Part shown: positions 42,102 through 54,767 of the stretch, piece after piece | Numbering within the stretch: position 1 is the first letter of the stretch | How the letters are laid out: every line of letters begins with the position of its first letter | Assembly: GCF_009914755.1 (NCBI RefSeq) | Contig: NC_060926.1 | DNA length: 64,000 bases | From: the human T2T-CHM13v2.0 reference genome, Homo sapiens | Reading direction: 5' to 3' (one strand) | Program-made: the position numbers and the translations under genes | The notes under the pieces: model-generated | What the model was told of the DNA's origin: nothing | Database searches by the model: none | What the model saw: the letters and a program-made list of their open reading frames with translations, nothing else

Positions 42102-43559
42102 TGATTATCTTTTAAGTGAATTAAAATCATAAACTTTTAAAAACCAAGTTTAAGAACTGTTTGTGTGTGTGTGTGTTTTCCAGTTAGCATGAATGAGTCA
42201 TTCTTTCAATAAAAAGTGAGTTTTAAACTAAGTATTGATGGCAATTTTTATAGCAATTGATTTGTATCAACAGGAAATCTAAATTACAGAGTTGCCAAAC
42301 TTCGATTAAAACGCTTTTCTTCCATTCTTACCTAGGAGGCATAAATTGCTGTGTGACCCTATTTTCCGGTAGATGGGGAATTTAACAATCAGATGACATT
42401 TAATAGCAAATGGATACTTGCTATTGTCTCAACAAAGCACCAGGTGGAATGAAGGTAATCAATATTTTATTTCTTATCCAAATATTTTTTTCTTCAATGA
42501 CACAGATTTTTACATTGCTCCAATCAGTGTAAATTGATCGTTAAAACAGAGCTGAAAATAAATGTAAAGATTTTTATATCACCGAAGAAAATACAACTTT
42601 TTAGGTATCTCTCAGAAATTGCACTCTATGTTCTGAGTTCTTTTAAGTTGCAAAATTATTAAAATATTGTGAGTCTTGAGATAAAATAAGTTAAAATGCA
42701 ATTCGTTGAAAACAATTTAGTGGCCATAAATATGGACTTCCCCTAAACTCTCCAAAAATCCTAGGCAGATTTTTTTGTTTCATGTGTTTAATGAGGGATT
42801 GGGTCTATTTTTCTTCAATGCACTTCAGTGATTGCTTGGCAAGATATAACAAAAGACCAGAAATGGTTCCAATTATCAGTGTAGAATGCCAGTCACACTT
42901 CATTTTTAATCCACCACACCAAGAAATATAACATACCAGCATAGCGTACGAAGATAAATTGATTTTCTATTTATTGAATTAAATCTCTGCCTTTGAGTAA
43001 TTTTAAAGTTTTAAACTTGGCAGAATTTTATTTGAACACTAAGCTATATCTTTTTATTTTTTGACTTTTAAATTAGCTTCTAAATTTTCTCTCAAGTATC
43101 ACCTGGGTTACTGTTCAGTATTCTCTGGTTTAATCTTCTTTCTAGAATAGGATTTATGTGACGTTCATAATAAAATCATGTAACTCTAATTGATGTGGAT
43201 AAATTATACATCAGTTGTGCAATTCCTCAGTATCTGGAGCTCATTTGATATAATTAAAATTCAATTATTTAATTGCTAATTGGAATTAAATCAAGTTATT
43301 CTGGTCTCAAGATAACATATAGTAGATACTTTGCAGAATGTAAAGTTGGTATTGTTTCCATGCTTTTTATATTTATATATAAATGACATATTATATTAAA
43401 ATTAAATGAGTTAGGATTCTAAAGAAAAATGACAGATTGTAATAAACATCTCTAAATAATTAGCTTACACATCCAAGAGCTTGATACCTCATTCAAATCA
43501 TTTGCTTGAAAAGCATTGCACATTTTTCACTAGCCTATCATCACATTATTTTCGAGTTT

Positions 43560-43945
43560 TCTTACCTACTTTTCCAGTCACAAAAAAATTCAGATTCATT
43601 TTTTAGAATTATACTGTTTCTGACCAAAAATAGTGTTACATAGTTTGATCAGGCACATTATTCACCAATTTGGATATCATTCAAGGTGGGTTTTTGGCTA
43701 TTTTAAAAAAGAAATTCATTCTCAAAGAATGAAGATCCGGCAACTGCAAGAGTATTCAGTGGAGTGAGCCTCAGATCTAAGAGCTGTTGATGCAAAAAAA
43801 AAAGAGCACAAATATGACATTCTTTTAATTATGTAATTTCCCAGGTATTAATTTGGTTTTGAGTATAATAAATAGGATCTATATATCAGAGTTTGTTGAA
43901 ATTTAAGACAAGATTTTATTTTCTCAATCATCATAAAACATACTC
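43560..43945 (+). mobile_element. Ancient mariner (MARNA-like) remnant
   Basis: tattcaccaatttgg...ttttggctattttaaaaaagaaattcattctcaaagaatgaagat resembles the mariner YSPDLAP..DFWLF..K region. Confidence 0.5.
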
Positions 43946-44970
43946 TATACATACAAAATGCTTGAAAACATCAGTAGTCAAACTGATATTTGGTGTGTGG
44001 TTTGATTTTTGAAACTGTAAAGTGGTAAGTGTAGAGGACACGGATTTTTTCACAGTCATCTGAAGGTGTGGGTATCTTGTCCCCTCTCCTTCTATGTACA
44101 TATACCTGGACACATATACACATGTGCACATAAAGTTATTAAATAAATCATTGTTACCTCTTATGAAAGTCATCAATGATATACCACATACACCTAAGAT
44201 GGCCTTACTGGCTTTGGTCAAAATATATTATCAGAATTCTTACCTATTTTCCTGAGTTTGCTTTAGAAAGGTGGTACTGAAAATACCAATTTACATCTAA
44301 TGTCTGTTCATTATGCTATCTCTCAAGGCTTATAAGAATGTACTTGACTATATACTACATACTATAAACTGTAATTATTACTATGAAATGAACTTCTTGT
44401 TGTAGATAATATCCCTACTTCAAATATTTATTTTCTTGGGAAAATATTTTGTAGGTATATGTTGTCACCACTGATTGATTAAATGCATTTTGATTGGATG
44501 TAATAAAGTTACTGCAATAGAGTGATGGTTTGTTTCTACATTCCAAAAATATATTATTTGTTCAAAGTAAAACTGGGAATTAATATATGCTCAATGCAAC
44601 TAAAGACAAAGTAGATAGTATAAGTAGCTTACTGCCTAATCTATGTTGCTAAAAATGAGTTTGATTTTTTGTTATCAATTATTTTTTATACCGAACAGTA
44701 TCATAGTTTACATATTTAGAAAAGAAAGGTGACTTTTATAACTCATTGTGGTCAGTTTCTAACTATAACTTTCTGTGGCCAAAATGATTATTTTAAAATT
44801 TTCAGAGGCTTGTCTCTAAAACAAACAAATATAAAACTTATGTAACGAAATTTTAAAGCAGTTACACAGCTATTATATCCTGTAGTGCACACCACGGTAA
44901 ATACTTTTTACATTAAGTAAAGTTGCCCTGATGTTTTCGTTTATATAATGCTACCACATAACATGCATAG

Positions 44971-47254
44971 TGTATTAGTCCGTTTTCACGTTGATGATAA
45001 AAACATGCCCAAGACTGGGAAGAAAAAGAGGCTTAATTGGACTTAACAGTTTCACATGGCTAGGGAGGCCTCAGAATCATGGTAAGAGGTGAAAGGCACT
45101 TCTTACATGGTGACAGCAAGAGAAAATGAGGAAGAAGCAAAAGCAGAAATCCCTTATAAACCCAGAAGATCTCGAGACTCATTCACTATCATGAGAATAG
45201 CATAGGACAGACTGGCCCCCATGATTCAATTACCTCCCCTGAGTCCCTCCCACAACACATGGGAATCCTGGGAGATACAATTCAAGTTGAGTTTTGGGTG
45301 GAGACACAGCCAAACCCCTGGTCTCTCCAAATCTCATGTCCTCACATTTCAAAACCAATCATTCCTTCCCAACAGTCCCTCAAAGTCTTAACTCATTTCA
45401 GCATTAACCCAAAAGTCCACCATCCAAAGTCTCATCTGATACAAGGTAAGTTCCTTCCACCCACGTGCCTGTTAAATCAAAAGCAAGCTAGTTACTTTCT
45501 ATATACAATGAGGGTACAGGTATTGGGTAAATAAAGCTGCTCCAAATGGGAGATATTGGCCAAAACAGAGGGGTTACAAGGCCCATGAAGGTCTGAAATC
45601 CAGCGGAGCAGTCTAATTTTAAAGCTCCAAAATGATCTCCGTTGACTCCAGGTCTCATATCCAGCTCATACTGATACAAGAGGTAGGTTCCCATGGTTTT
45701 GGAGCCATGGTTCCCTGTGGTTTTGCAGGGTACAGCCTCACTCCCGGCTGCTTTCATGGGCTGGTGTTGAGTATCTGTGGCTTTTCCAGGCACAAGATGC
45801 AAGCTGTCTGCCATTCCATGTGGTGCACGGTGCAAGATCTACCATTTTGGGGTCTGGAGAACAGTGACCCCTCTTCTCACAGCTCCACTACACAGTGCCA
45901 CAGTAGGGACTCTGTGTGGGGGCTCTGAGCCTACATTTCCCTTCTGCATTGTGCTAGCAGAGGTTCTCTGCGAGGGCCCCATCCCCTGCAGAAAACTTTT
46001 ACCTGGGCATGCAGGGGTTTCCATAAATCTTCTGAAATCTAAGCGGAGGTTCCCAAACCTCAATTCTTGACTTCTGTGCACGTGCAGGCTCAACACCATA
46101 TAGAAGACGCAAAGGTTTGGGGCTTCCACCCTCTGAAGCCACAGTCCGAGCTCTACACTGACCCCTTTCAGCCACAGTGGGAGCATCTGAGACCCTTGGC
46201 ACCAAGTCTCTAAGCTATACACAGGATAGGGACCCTGGGCCCCGCCCACAAAACTACTCTTCTTCCTGGGCCTCTGGGCCTGTGCCTGTGATGGGAGGGG
46301 CTGTCATGAAGGTCTCTGACATGGCCTGGAGGCATTTTCCCCATGGTCTTGGGGATTAACATTAGGCTCCTTGTTACTTACACAAATTTCTGCAGCTGGC
46401 TTGAATTTCTCCTCAGAAAATGAGCTTTTCTTTTCTACTGTATAATCAGGATGCACATTTTCTGAACTTTTATACTGTTTCCCTTTTAAAACAGAATGCT
46501 TTTAACAGCACCCAAATCACATTTTGAATGCTTTGCTACTTAGAAATGTCTTCCACCAGATGCCCTAAATCATCTCTCTCAAGTTCAAAGTTCCACAAAT
46601 CTCTAGGGCAGGGGCAGAATCCCACAAGTCTCTTTGCTAAAACATAACATGAGTCATCTTTGCTCCAGTTCCCAACAAATTCCTCATCTCCGTCTGAGAT
46701 CACCTCAGCCTGGAACTTATTGTCCATATAGCTATCGGGCTTTTGGTCAAAGGCATTCAACAAGTCTATAAGAAATTCCAAACTTTCTCACATTTTTCTT
46801 TCTTCTGAGTCCTCCAAAGTGTTCCATCCTCTGCCTGTTACCCAGTTCCAAAGTTGCTTCCACATTTTCAGATGTTTTTTCAGCAACACCCAACCGTACT
46901 GGTATCAATTTACTGTATGAGTTCATTTTCACATTTCCGAGACTGGAAAGAAAAAGAGGTTTAATTGGACTTACAGTTCCACATGGCTGGGGAGGCCTCA
47001 GAATCATGACAGAAAATGAAAGGCACTTTTTACATGGTAGCAGCAAAAGAAAATGAGGAAGAAGCAAAAGCAGAAACCCCCCTGATAAACCCATCAGATC
47101 TCATGAGATGTATTCACTATCATGAGAATAGCACAGAAAAGATTGTCCCCCATGATTAAATTACCTCCCACTGTGTCCCTCCCATAACATGTGGGAATTC
47201 TGGGAGATACAATTCAAATTGAGATTTGGGTGGGGACACAGCCAAATCATATCA
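44971..47254 (-). mobile_element. THE1C MaLR provirus: 3' LTR 44971-45316, internal region 45317-46913, 5' LTR 46914-47254
   Basis: Two LTR copies (gaaaatgaggaagaagcaaaagcagaaa); THE1 internal sequence; 5-bp TSD catag/cacag. Confidence 0.92.
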
Positions 47255-47557
47255 CACAGTATTTCTTTAAAATGCAAAAATGTTTATGTAAATTTCAGTT
47301 CAAGCTGCATATTGTGTAATATGTAATCATTCATTCAAAACTTGCTCTACAGCAGATAATCTGTGCCAGGTAGGATACAAGTCTCTATCCTCCAGGAATT
47401 CAGTTTATTAAGCCAGACAGATGTAAACTTGAAAAGGCATTATTGTGCTGTGAATGCTATATCCAGGGAAGCAACATCCATTCAGCTACTCAAACCATAT
47501 CTCTGAAGTAGTTTCTATTCCTCTACTCAGTAAGTCTCCAGGCCAATATATTCAATT

Positions 47558-47900
47558 CAGAGAAAGATTTGCTGTTAAAGTAATGAAGCTTAAACTTTAA
47601 GGCCCCTAATTTTCTCAGTTTCTTCTAAGGCCTTGGATCAGGCTGCAAAAATGTAGGGGCAATAGCATTAGAAATTGTATTAGGCAGTTAATCAAAATAT
47701 TATGTTCTTTTTCTAAAATTTGGTTATGTTTGTGGTACTAATATCTATCACTTTATAAAATAGTTTGTTCTGATTTGTTTCTCATTCTAAATAAACATCC
47801 AATTTTATACTTACTTTTGCATTAACAATTTTGTATATTTTTTCCTACAGATTTATAGATTATATAAGCTTCAGAGCTGATAAAACCTGATTTTACTGCT
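47558..47900. mobile_element. MER115/Zaphod-like hAT-Tip100, internally deleted
   Basis: aagtaatgaagcttaaactttaaggcccct ... atataagcttcagagctgataaaacctga. Confidence 0.55.
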
Positions 47901-48130
47901 TAATAGTTCCTTTACCCAGCCTTCTTTACCTGGAGTCTAGACTGGGAGAAGTTTTACCATCTGATTTCCTTTTCCTACAGTATTGCTCATCCCTGATCCA
48001 ACCGTTTTATATTGCAATTATGATTTTGTTTCCAAGTTGCATACTTGGTAGTGTGATTCCTTTATTAAAATAAAATACTAATAGTTTTCTGTTGACCATA
48101 GGATAAAATATAAATCCATAATATGTTTAT

Positions 48131-48635
48131 ATGGGTTATAATTTTCTATTTCTGCTTTAACAAATTACCAAAACTTAGTAGCTTAAAAAAAAACAATATT
48201 TATTATGTTACATTTCTTAAGGTCGGAAATCTTAAAGTCAGGATGTCAGCAGGGCTACATTCCTTTGAGAAGCTCTAGGGGAAAACCATTTCCTTGCCTT
48301 TTCTAGCTGCACGAGGCTGCCTGCATTTCCAAAGTCATGGTGCCTTCCCTCATGTTCAAAGCCAGTGGTGAAGCTTCTTCAAATCCCTCTCCACTCTGAC
48401 TTCTTCCCTCATTACCTCCTTCTCTGATTCTGACTCTCCTGCCTTCCTCTTCCTTTTATAAACCCTTCTAATGACATTGGGCCCAACCAGATAATCTGGT
48501 ATGATATCCCCAACTCAAAATTCTCAACTTAGTCATATCTGTGAAGTCTCATTTGCCTCATAAGCTAATATATTTAGGGGTTCTGGAGATTGGAATTCAG
48601 CCACTTTTGAGTAGCCTATTATTTTGTCTACCATA
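48131..48635 (-). mobile_element. MLT1D-like solo LTR
   Basis: taacaaattaccaaaacttagtagcttaaa...gacattgggcccaaccagataatc...attttgtctaccata. Confidence 0.8.
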
Positions 48636-48759
48636 TATAGCATGAATGGCTTTTTAACGAACACCTCTGTCCCTTTTTGTCTCCAACCACATACCACCCA
48701 TTCACAAAAGACCATAGCCTCTAGAATGTTAAAATCAACAGAAAAGTAGTATTTTTGAA

Positions 48760-48960
48760 TTTATCTAATGTACTCAGGTTCAGTGATTTATATGTTCTCA
48801 ATTAATTTTATGATAATCTGGAAGATGGTATCCATCTTTTACAGAAAAGAAAACTGAATTTCAAAGAGGTTTGAGTATGTACACAGGAACAGGCAGCCAT
48901 AGGGTCTGAATCTAGACTCAGATCAGTAACTCCAGCCCCACACTGTCAACCCTCCAACTG
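48760..48960 (-). mobile_element. MIR
   Basis: tttacagaaaagaaaactgaatttcaaagaggtt. Confidence 0.55.
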
Positions 48961-49029
48961 TTATCCCATTATGTGTATAATAGGTTGGCACAAAAGTAAC
49001 TGTGGTTCTTGCTCTTAAAAGCAACTGTT

Positions 49030-49385
49030 CCTCCAAGTATTTTCCCTGAAACACTGGGATGTTTTATAACTCCACCTTTTCCCCACAGCTCTCTCTGCCC
49101 CTAGCCTCATTGAAGACTTAGCTTAATCATGACCACCTCCCTGAATCCCTTTCCAAATCTGCCCACCTCTTTGGAATCTTTCATGCTCTCCAATGCACGC
49201 TGTATCCACTTCTATTGCACCCACCATGTTATCTCTGAGCATTTATTTACCTACAGGTCTCTCTTTATAAGATTCCAAACCCTCTGAGGATAGAGGTCAT
49301 GACTTCAGTGCTGTATTTCCCAAGACCCTCCTGCTGTAACTGGACCACAGAAGGCACTTAATAAATGTTTGTCGAATAAATAAAC
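49030..49385 (+). mobile_element. L2 3' end
   Basis: ctgaggatagaggtcatgac...aggcacttaataaatgtttgtcgaataaa. Confidence 0.65.
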
Positions 49386-50709
49386 TGAAGTATAAGGCAT
49401 AGTGGGTATGAGTGATAAACTTTGCTTAGGAGGGTTAAGCAAAGGGTAAAACAGCACCGTTTACTTGAGAATCACGAGTGTTTCAGCATGGCTGGAGCAT
49501 AGTATAAAGTGAGGATGATTGTCAGGCAGTAAGGTGGAGAGACAGGGAAGGAGAGAGCACAGGAAGCTATACCAAATCAGAGAGGTAGGACTTGATCCAG
49601 AAGTCTCTGCGAATATAATGCAAGAATTTAATCATGAAATATATATTAAATTTGTACTCTATGGATTTTTCTCAGTTTAACAACGGATTTCAAGACCATC
49701 TGTATTTTTTTTTCAAATTCACTGTGATAGCATTAAAAGACAGACAAATTACATCTTTCAGATCTATCATAAAATAGCTCTGTATCAGCACTTTTACGCT
49801 GTTAACTCCATGCTTCACCAGCTTTTTAAGCAAAATGAGAAATTAAGATATTGGCATTCTATAAAACTTGGTTCCCTTTGTTGAGCTTATTAAGGGGAGA
49901 GAGGCATTGTGTTTTCTTTTTTTTACCCTTATTAGCAACTTTTTTCAAAGGGAATTCTCTATTTTTAGGAAACACCCTCGACTTTAAATTTTTGGTGATG
50001 AAACAGTCTTGTACATTTAATCACCAGGAACTTAGTAAATGTTGCATATTATACCATGATTAGGAGAAGAGAAAGAAACTTGAATTAGGGTAATTTGTGA
50101 CAAGATGGAGCACAGAAAAGAAACAGCATCAGAGGCCTTTCAGGGTAGTACACTGTGTCTTGTGAAGCCGATTGACTTCTTTCATTGGCAGAATTGAAAG
50201 TCTAAGCTAAAAACACTTTAATCAGCAAAAACACAAGCTGGTGTTGTAATGCCCGTTTTACATATTGAAAATAAGACACCTATAGGCTATTTCTAAGATC
50301 ATAACCTTGGTAAGCAGTGAGGCCAACAGTTTGCCTTGCTTGTGCCAGCTTTTAGAACCCATGTTTTTTTCTACCACACATTCTCCCTCATTCAAGAGAA
50401 AACAATTGAATATTTGTAATATGTAAGCCAGTGCATTTGGCTTTATGGAAAATCCCAGGAACTTGTTCTAGGGGACTTTTAACCCAAATGTCAATATCAC
50501 TCTTATGTACCATGATCCTACTTTATGTCACCCATGAAAAAGCAAGAAACAGTTTCAAAATTCATTCTTAAAAACAAGTAATTTTCAAAAATGATGCTCA
50601 AATGTGTGGCAGAAATATGGCTTTTGAATATAGAAAAATGTGGGAAGGTGAAAAATGGGGTAAGGTAGTTAGCTATTAAAGTTTGACTGTCATTGCAGGT
50701 TTCAATCTA

Positions 50710-50951
50710 GTTTCATTACTTAGAGATATCTATATTTTATAATGCCTGTAATGTGTTAAGTACCAAGTTAGGCTCTGGAGAGTCTGTGGCAATCCATAAA
50801 CAATGACTTTGTTCTCAAAGGAAATGAATAATTTAATAATACTTTAGTTTAGTAAACTTTGTTAAGTGCTGTGAAATGCATTTCAGGGGCTTTTAACCTA
50901 ATCTGGAGTGGTCAGGAAAAGTTTCCAGGTGGAAGAGAAGTTTAAACTGAC
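50710..50951 (-). mobile_element. L2 (target of the L1 insertion; appears to resume after 54780)
   Basis: aggctctggaga...ctttgttctcaaagg...acctaatctggagtggtcaggaaaagtttcc. Confidence 0.6.
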
Positions 50952-53347
50952 GCAATTGCTTTTGGCGTCTTCGTCATGAAATCTTTGCCTGTACTTAAGT
51001 TCTGAATGATATTGCAAGGTTTTCTTCTAGAGTTTTTATAGTTTTGGGCTTTACATTTAAGTCTTTAATCCATCATAAGTTGATTTTTGTATATGGTGTA
51101 AGGAAGGCGTCCAGATTTGATTTTCTGCACATGGCTAGCTAGTTTTCCCATCACCATTTATTAAATAGAGAATCCTTTCCCCATTGCTTATTTTTGCCAG
51201 GGGAGTTTGTTGAAGATCAGATGATTGTAGGTGTGCAATCCTATAGCTGGGTTCTCTGTTCTGTTCCACTGGTCTATGTGTCTGTTCTTGTATCGTTATC
51301 ATGCTGTTTTGCTTACTATAGCCCTGTAGTATAGTTTGAAGTTGGGTAGCATGATGCCTTCAGCTTTGTTCATTTTGCTTAGGATTGCCTTGGCTATTCA
51401 GGCTCTTTTTTGGTTATGCATGAATTTTAATTTTTTTTTCTAATTCTGTGAAGAATGTCAATGGTAGTTTCATGGGAATAGCATTGCATCTATAAATTAC
51501 TTTGGGCAGTATGGTCATTTCCACGATATTGGTTCTTCCTATTCATGAGCATGGAATGTTTTTCCATTTGTTTGTGTCATCTCTGATCTCTCTGAGCAGT
51601 GGTTTGTAGTTCTCCTTGAAGAGGTCCTTCACTTCCCTCATTAGCTGTATTCCTAGGTATTTTATTCTTTTTGTAGCAATTGTGAATGAGAGTTTATTCA
51701 TGATTTGGCTCTTGCTTGCCTGTTTTTGGTGTATAGAAATGCTAGCAATTTTTGCACATTTATTTTGTATCCTGAGTTGCTCCTGTATCCTGTATTACTG
51801 AAGTTGCTTATTAACTTAAGAAGCTTTCAAGCTGAGATTATGGGGTTTTCTAGACATAGAACCACGCCATCTGCAAACAAAGATAGTTTGGCTTCCTGTC
51901 TTCTTATTTGAATACCGTTATTTCTTTCTTTTGCCTGATTGCCTTGGCCAGGACTTCCAATACTATGTTGAATAGGAGTGGTGAGAGAGATCATGCTTGT
52001 CTTGTGCTGGTTTTCAAGGGGAATGCTTCAGGCTTTTGCCCATTCAGTATGGTATTGACTGTGGGTTTGTCATAGATGGCTCTTATTATTTTGAGGTATG
52101 TTCCTTCAATATACCTAGTTTATTGAGACTTTTTAACACAAAGGGATGCTGAATTTTATTGAAAGCCTTATCTCCATTTATTGAGATAATCATGTGGTTT
52201 TTGTCTTTAGTTCTGTTTATGTGGTAAATCACATTAATTGATTTGTATATGTTGAACTGACTTTGTATCTCAGGAATAAAGCCTACTTGATCATGGTGGA
52301 TAAGCTTTTTGATGTGCTGCTGGGTTTGATTTGAGGGTATTTTGTTGAGTATTTTTGCATCAATATTCATCAAGGATACTGGCCTAAAGTTTTCTTTTTC
52401 TGTTGTATCTCAGCAACAAGGTTTTGGTATCAGGATGATGCTGGCCTCACAGAATGAGTTAAGGAGCAATCACTCCTTTTTATTTTTTAAGAATAGTTTC
52501 AGTAGGAATGGTACCAGCTCTTCTTTGTAACTCTAGTAGAATTCAGCTGTGAATCCATCTGGTTCTGGGCTTTTGCTTTTTTTGTTTGGTAGACTATTTA
52601 TTATTGCCTCAATTTCAGAACTTGATATTGGTCTATTCAGGGATTCAATTTCTTTTGGGTTCAGCCTTGGGAGGGTGTATGTGTCTAGGAATTTAACCAT
52701 TTCTTCTAGATTTTCTATTTTATGTGCACAGAGATGTTTATAGGATTGTCTGATAGTTGTTTGCATTTCTGTGGGATCAGTGGTGATATCTCCCTTATCA
52801 TTTCTGATAGTCTTTCTTTGAATATTTTTTCTTTTTTATTAGTCTAGCTAGCTAGTTATTTTATATTTCTTAAAAAAAACCAGCTCCTGGATTTGTTGGT
52901 TTTTTGAAGGATATTTTTGTGCCTCAATCTCCTTCAGTTCAGTTCTGATCTTGGTCATTTTTTGTCTTCTGATAGCTTGGGGATAGTTTACTCTTGGTTC
53001 TCTAGTTCTTTTAGTTGTGATGTTAGGTTGGTAACTTGAGCTCTTTCTAGCATTGTGATGTGGGCATTTAGTGCTAAAAATTTCCCTCCTACAACTGCTT
53101 TAGTTGCATCACACAGATTTTGGTACATTGTATTTTTGATAGCATTTTTTTCAAAGAACTTGATTTCTGCCTTAATTTTATAATTTACCCAAAAGTCATT
53201 CAGGAGCAGGTTGTTCAATTTCCATATAGTTGTATTATTTTGAGTGAATTTATTAATCTTGAATTCTAATTTGATAGTGTTGTAGTCTGAGAGACTGTTA
53301 TGATTTCAGTTCCTTTGCATTTGCTGAGTAGCGTTTTACTTCCAATT
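50952..53347 (-). mobile_element. L1PA (about PA11-12) inverted 5' segment, ORF2 RT region
   Basis: Minus-strand ORF2 fragments [11 protein letters not shown]...HHDQVGFIP (52086-52373), [19 protein letters not shown]...PDGFTAEFY (52533-52766) and [10 protein letters not shown] (52988-53218). Confidence 0.92.
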
Positions 53348-54480
53348 CAGTACCATTCAGGACATAAGCACAGGCAAAGATTTCATGACGATGATGCCAA
53401 AAGCAATTACAACAAAAGCAAAAACTGACCAAGGGGAACTAATTAAACTAAAGAGCTTCTGCACAGCAAAATAAACTATCAATAGAGCAAGCAGACAACC
53501 TACAGATTGGGAGAAAATGTTTGCAATGTATCTATCTGACAAAGGTCTAATATCCAGCTTCAATAAGAAAATTAAATTTACAAGGAAAAAAGAAACAACC
53601 CCATTTAAAAAGTGAGCAAAGGATATGAACAGACACTTCTCAAAAGAAGACATACATGTGGCCAAGAATCATATGAAAAACAGCTTAACATCATTGATCG
53701 TTAGAGAAATGCAAATCAAAACCATAATGAGATACCATCTCACATCAGTCAGAATGGCTTTTATTAAGAAGTCAAAAAACAATAGATACTGGTGAGGTTG
53801 TGGAGAAAAAGGAATGCTTTTACACTGTTAGTGGGAGTGTAAATTAGTTTGACCATTATGGAGGATAATGTGGTGACTTTTCAAAGACCTAGAGGCAGAA
53901 ATACCATTCAACCCAGTAATCCCATTACTGCATATATGCCTAAAGGAATATAAGTTGCTCTATGATAAACATACATGCACATGTATGTTCATTGCAGCAC
54001 TATTCACAATAGCAAAGAAATGGAATCAACCTAAATGCCCATCAATGATAGACTGGATAAAGACAATGTGCTACACATACACCATGGAATACTATTCAGC
54101 CACAAAAAGAGTGAGATCATGTCCTTTGCAGGGACATGGATGGAGCTAGAAGCCATTATCCTCAGCAAACTAACGCAGGAACAGAAAACCAAATCCCACA
54201 TGTTGTCACTTATAAATAGGAGCTGAATGATAAGAACACATGGACACATTGATGTAGGGAACAACACACACTGGAGCCTGTCAGAAGGTTGGAGTGGAAG
54301 GAGGTAGAGCACCAGGAAGAGTAGCTAATAGATGCTGGGCTTAACACCTAGGTGATGGGATGATGTATACAGCAAACCCCTGTGGCACACATGCAGGATG
54401 TACAGGTTGTGCTCTACTTCCAACCTGCACATCCTGCACATGTATCCCTGAAAAAAAATAAAAGTTGGAGGAAAAAAAAA
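53348..54480 (+). mobile_element. L1PA (about PA11-12) non-inverted 3' segment with A tail
   Basis: End of ORF2 (CMFIAALFTIAK.WNQPKCPS); 3' UTR aggaagagtagctaatagatgctgggcttaacacctaggtgatggga; A-rich tail. Confidence 0.92.
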
Positions 54481-54767
54481 GTCATACAAAAGGCCACAAA
54501 GTACATAAGAAAATGCTCAACATCAGTAATCATCAGGAAAATGCAAATTAAAACCACAATGATCTATCACGTCATTATAATGGTATTTATCAAAAAGGCA
54601 AAAGCTAACAGTTTTGTACACTATTGGTGAGAAATTCGCACAGTCTTTTTGTAGAACAGTGTGGAGATTCCTCAGGAAGTTAAAAATAGAACTACCGCAT
54701 CATCTAGCAATCCCCTTTCTGGATATACGTCCAAAATAAATAAAATCAGTGTGCCCAATTAAAAAAA
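54481..54767 (+). mobile_element. Older L1 (L1M-like) ORF2 3' fragment with AATAAA and a short A tract; probable 3' transduction
   Basis: aaaatgctcaacatca.taatcatcagg.aaatgcaaattaaaaccacaatga...aaaatagaactacc; AATAAA at 54735; A7 at 54761-54767. Confidence 0.7.

Noticed and set aside
45259-47094. ORFs of 60-136 aa in THE1C
   Set aside because: Fragmented MaLR internal and LTR sequence; no intact reading frame.
51616-54630. L1 ORF2 fragments as an active reverse transcriptase gene
   Set aside because: Multiple stops and frameshifts, 5' truncation and inversion; the element is dead.
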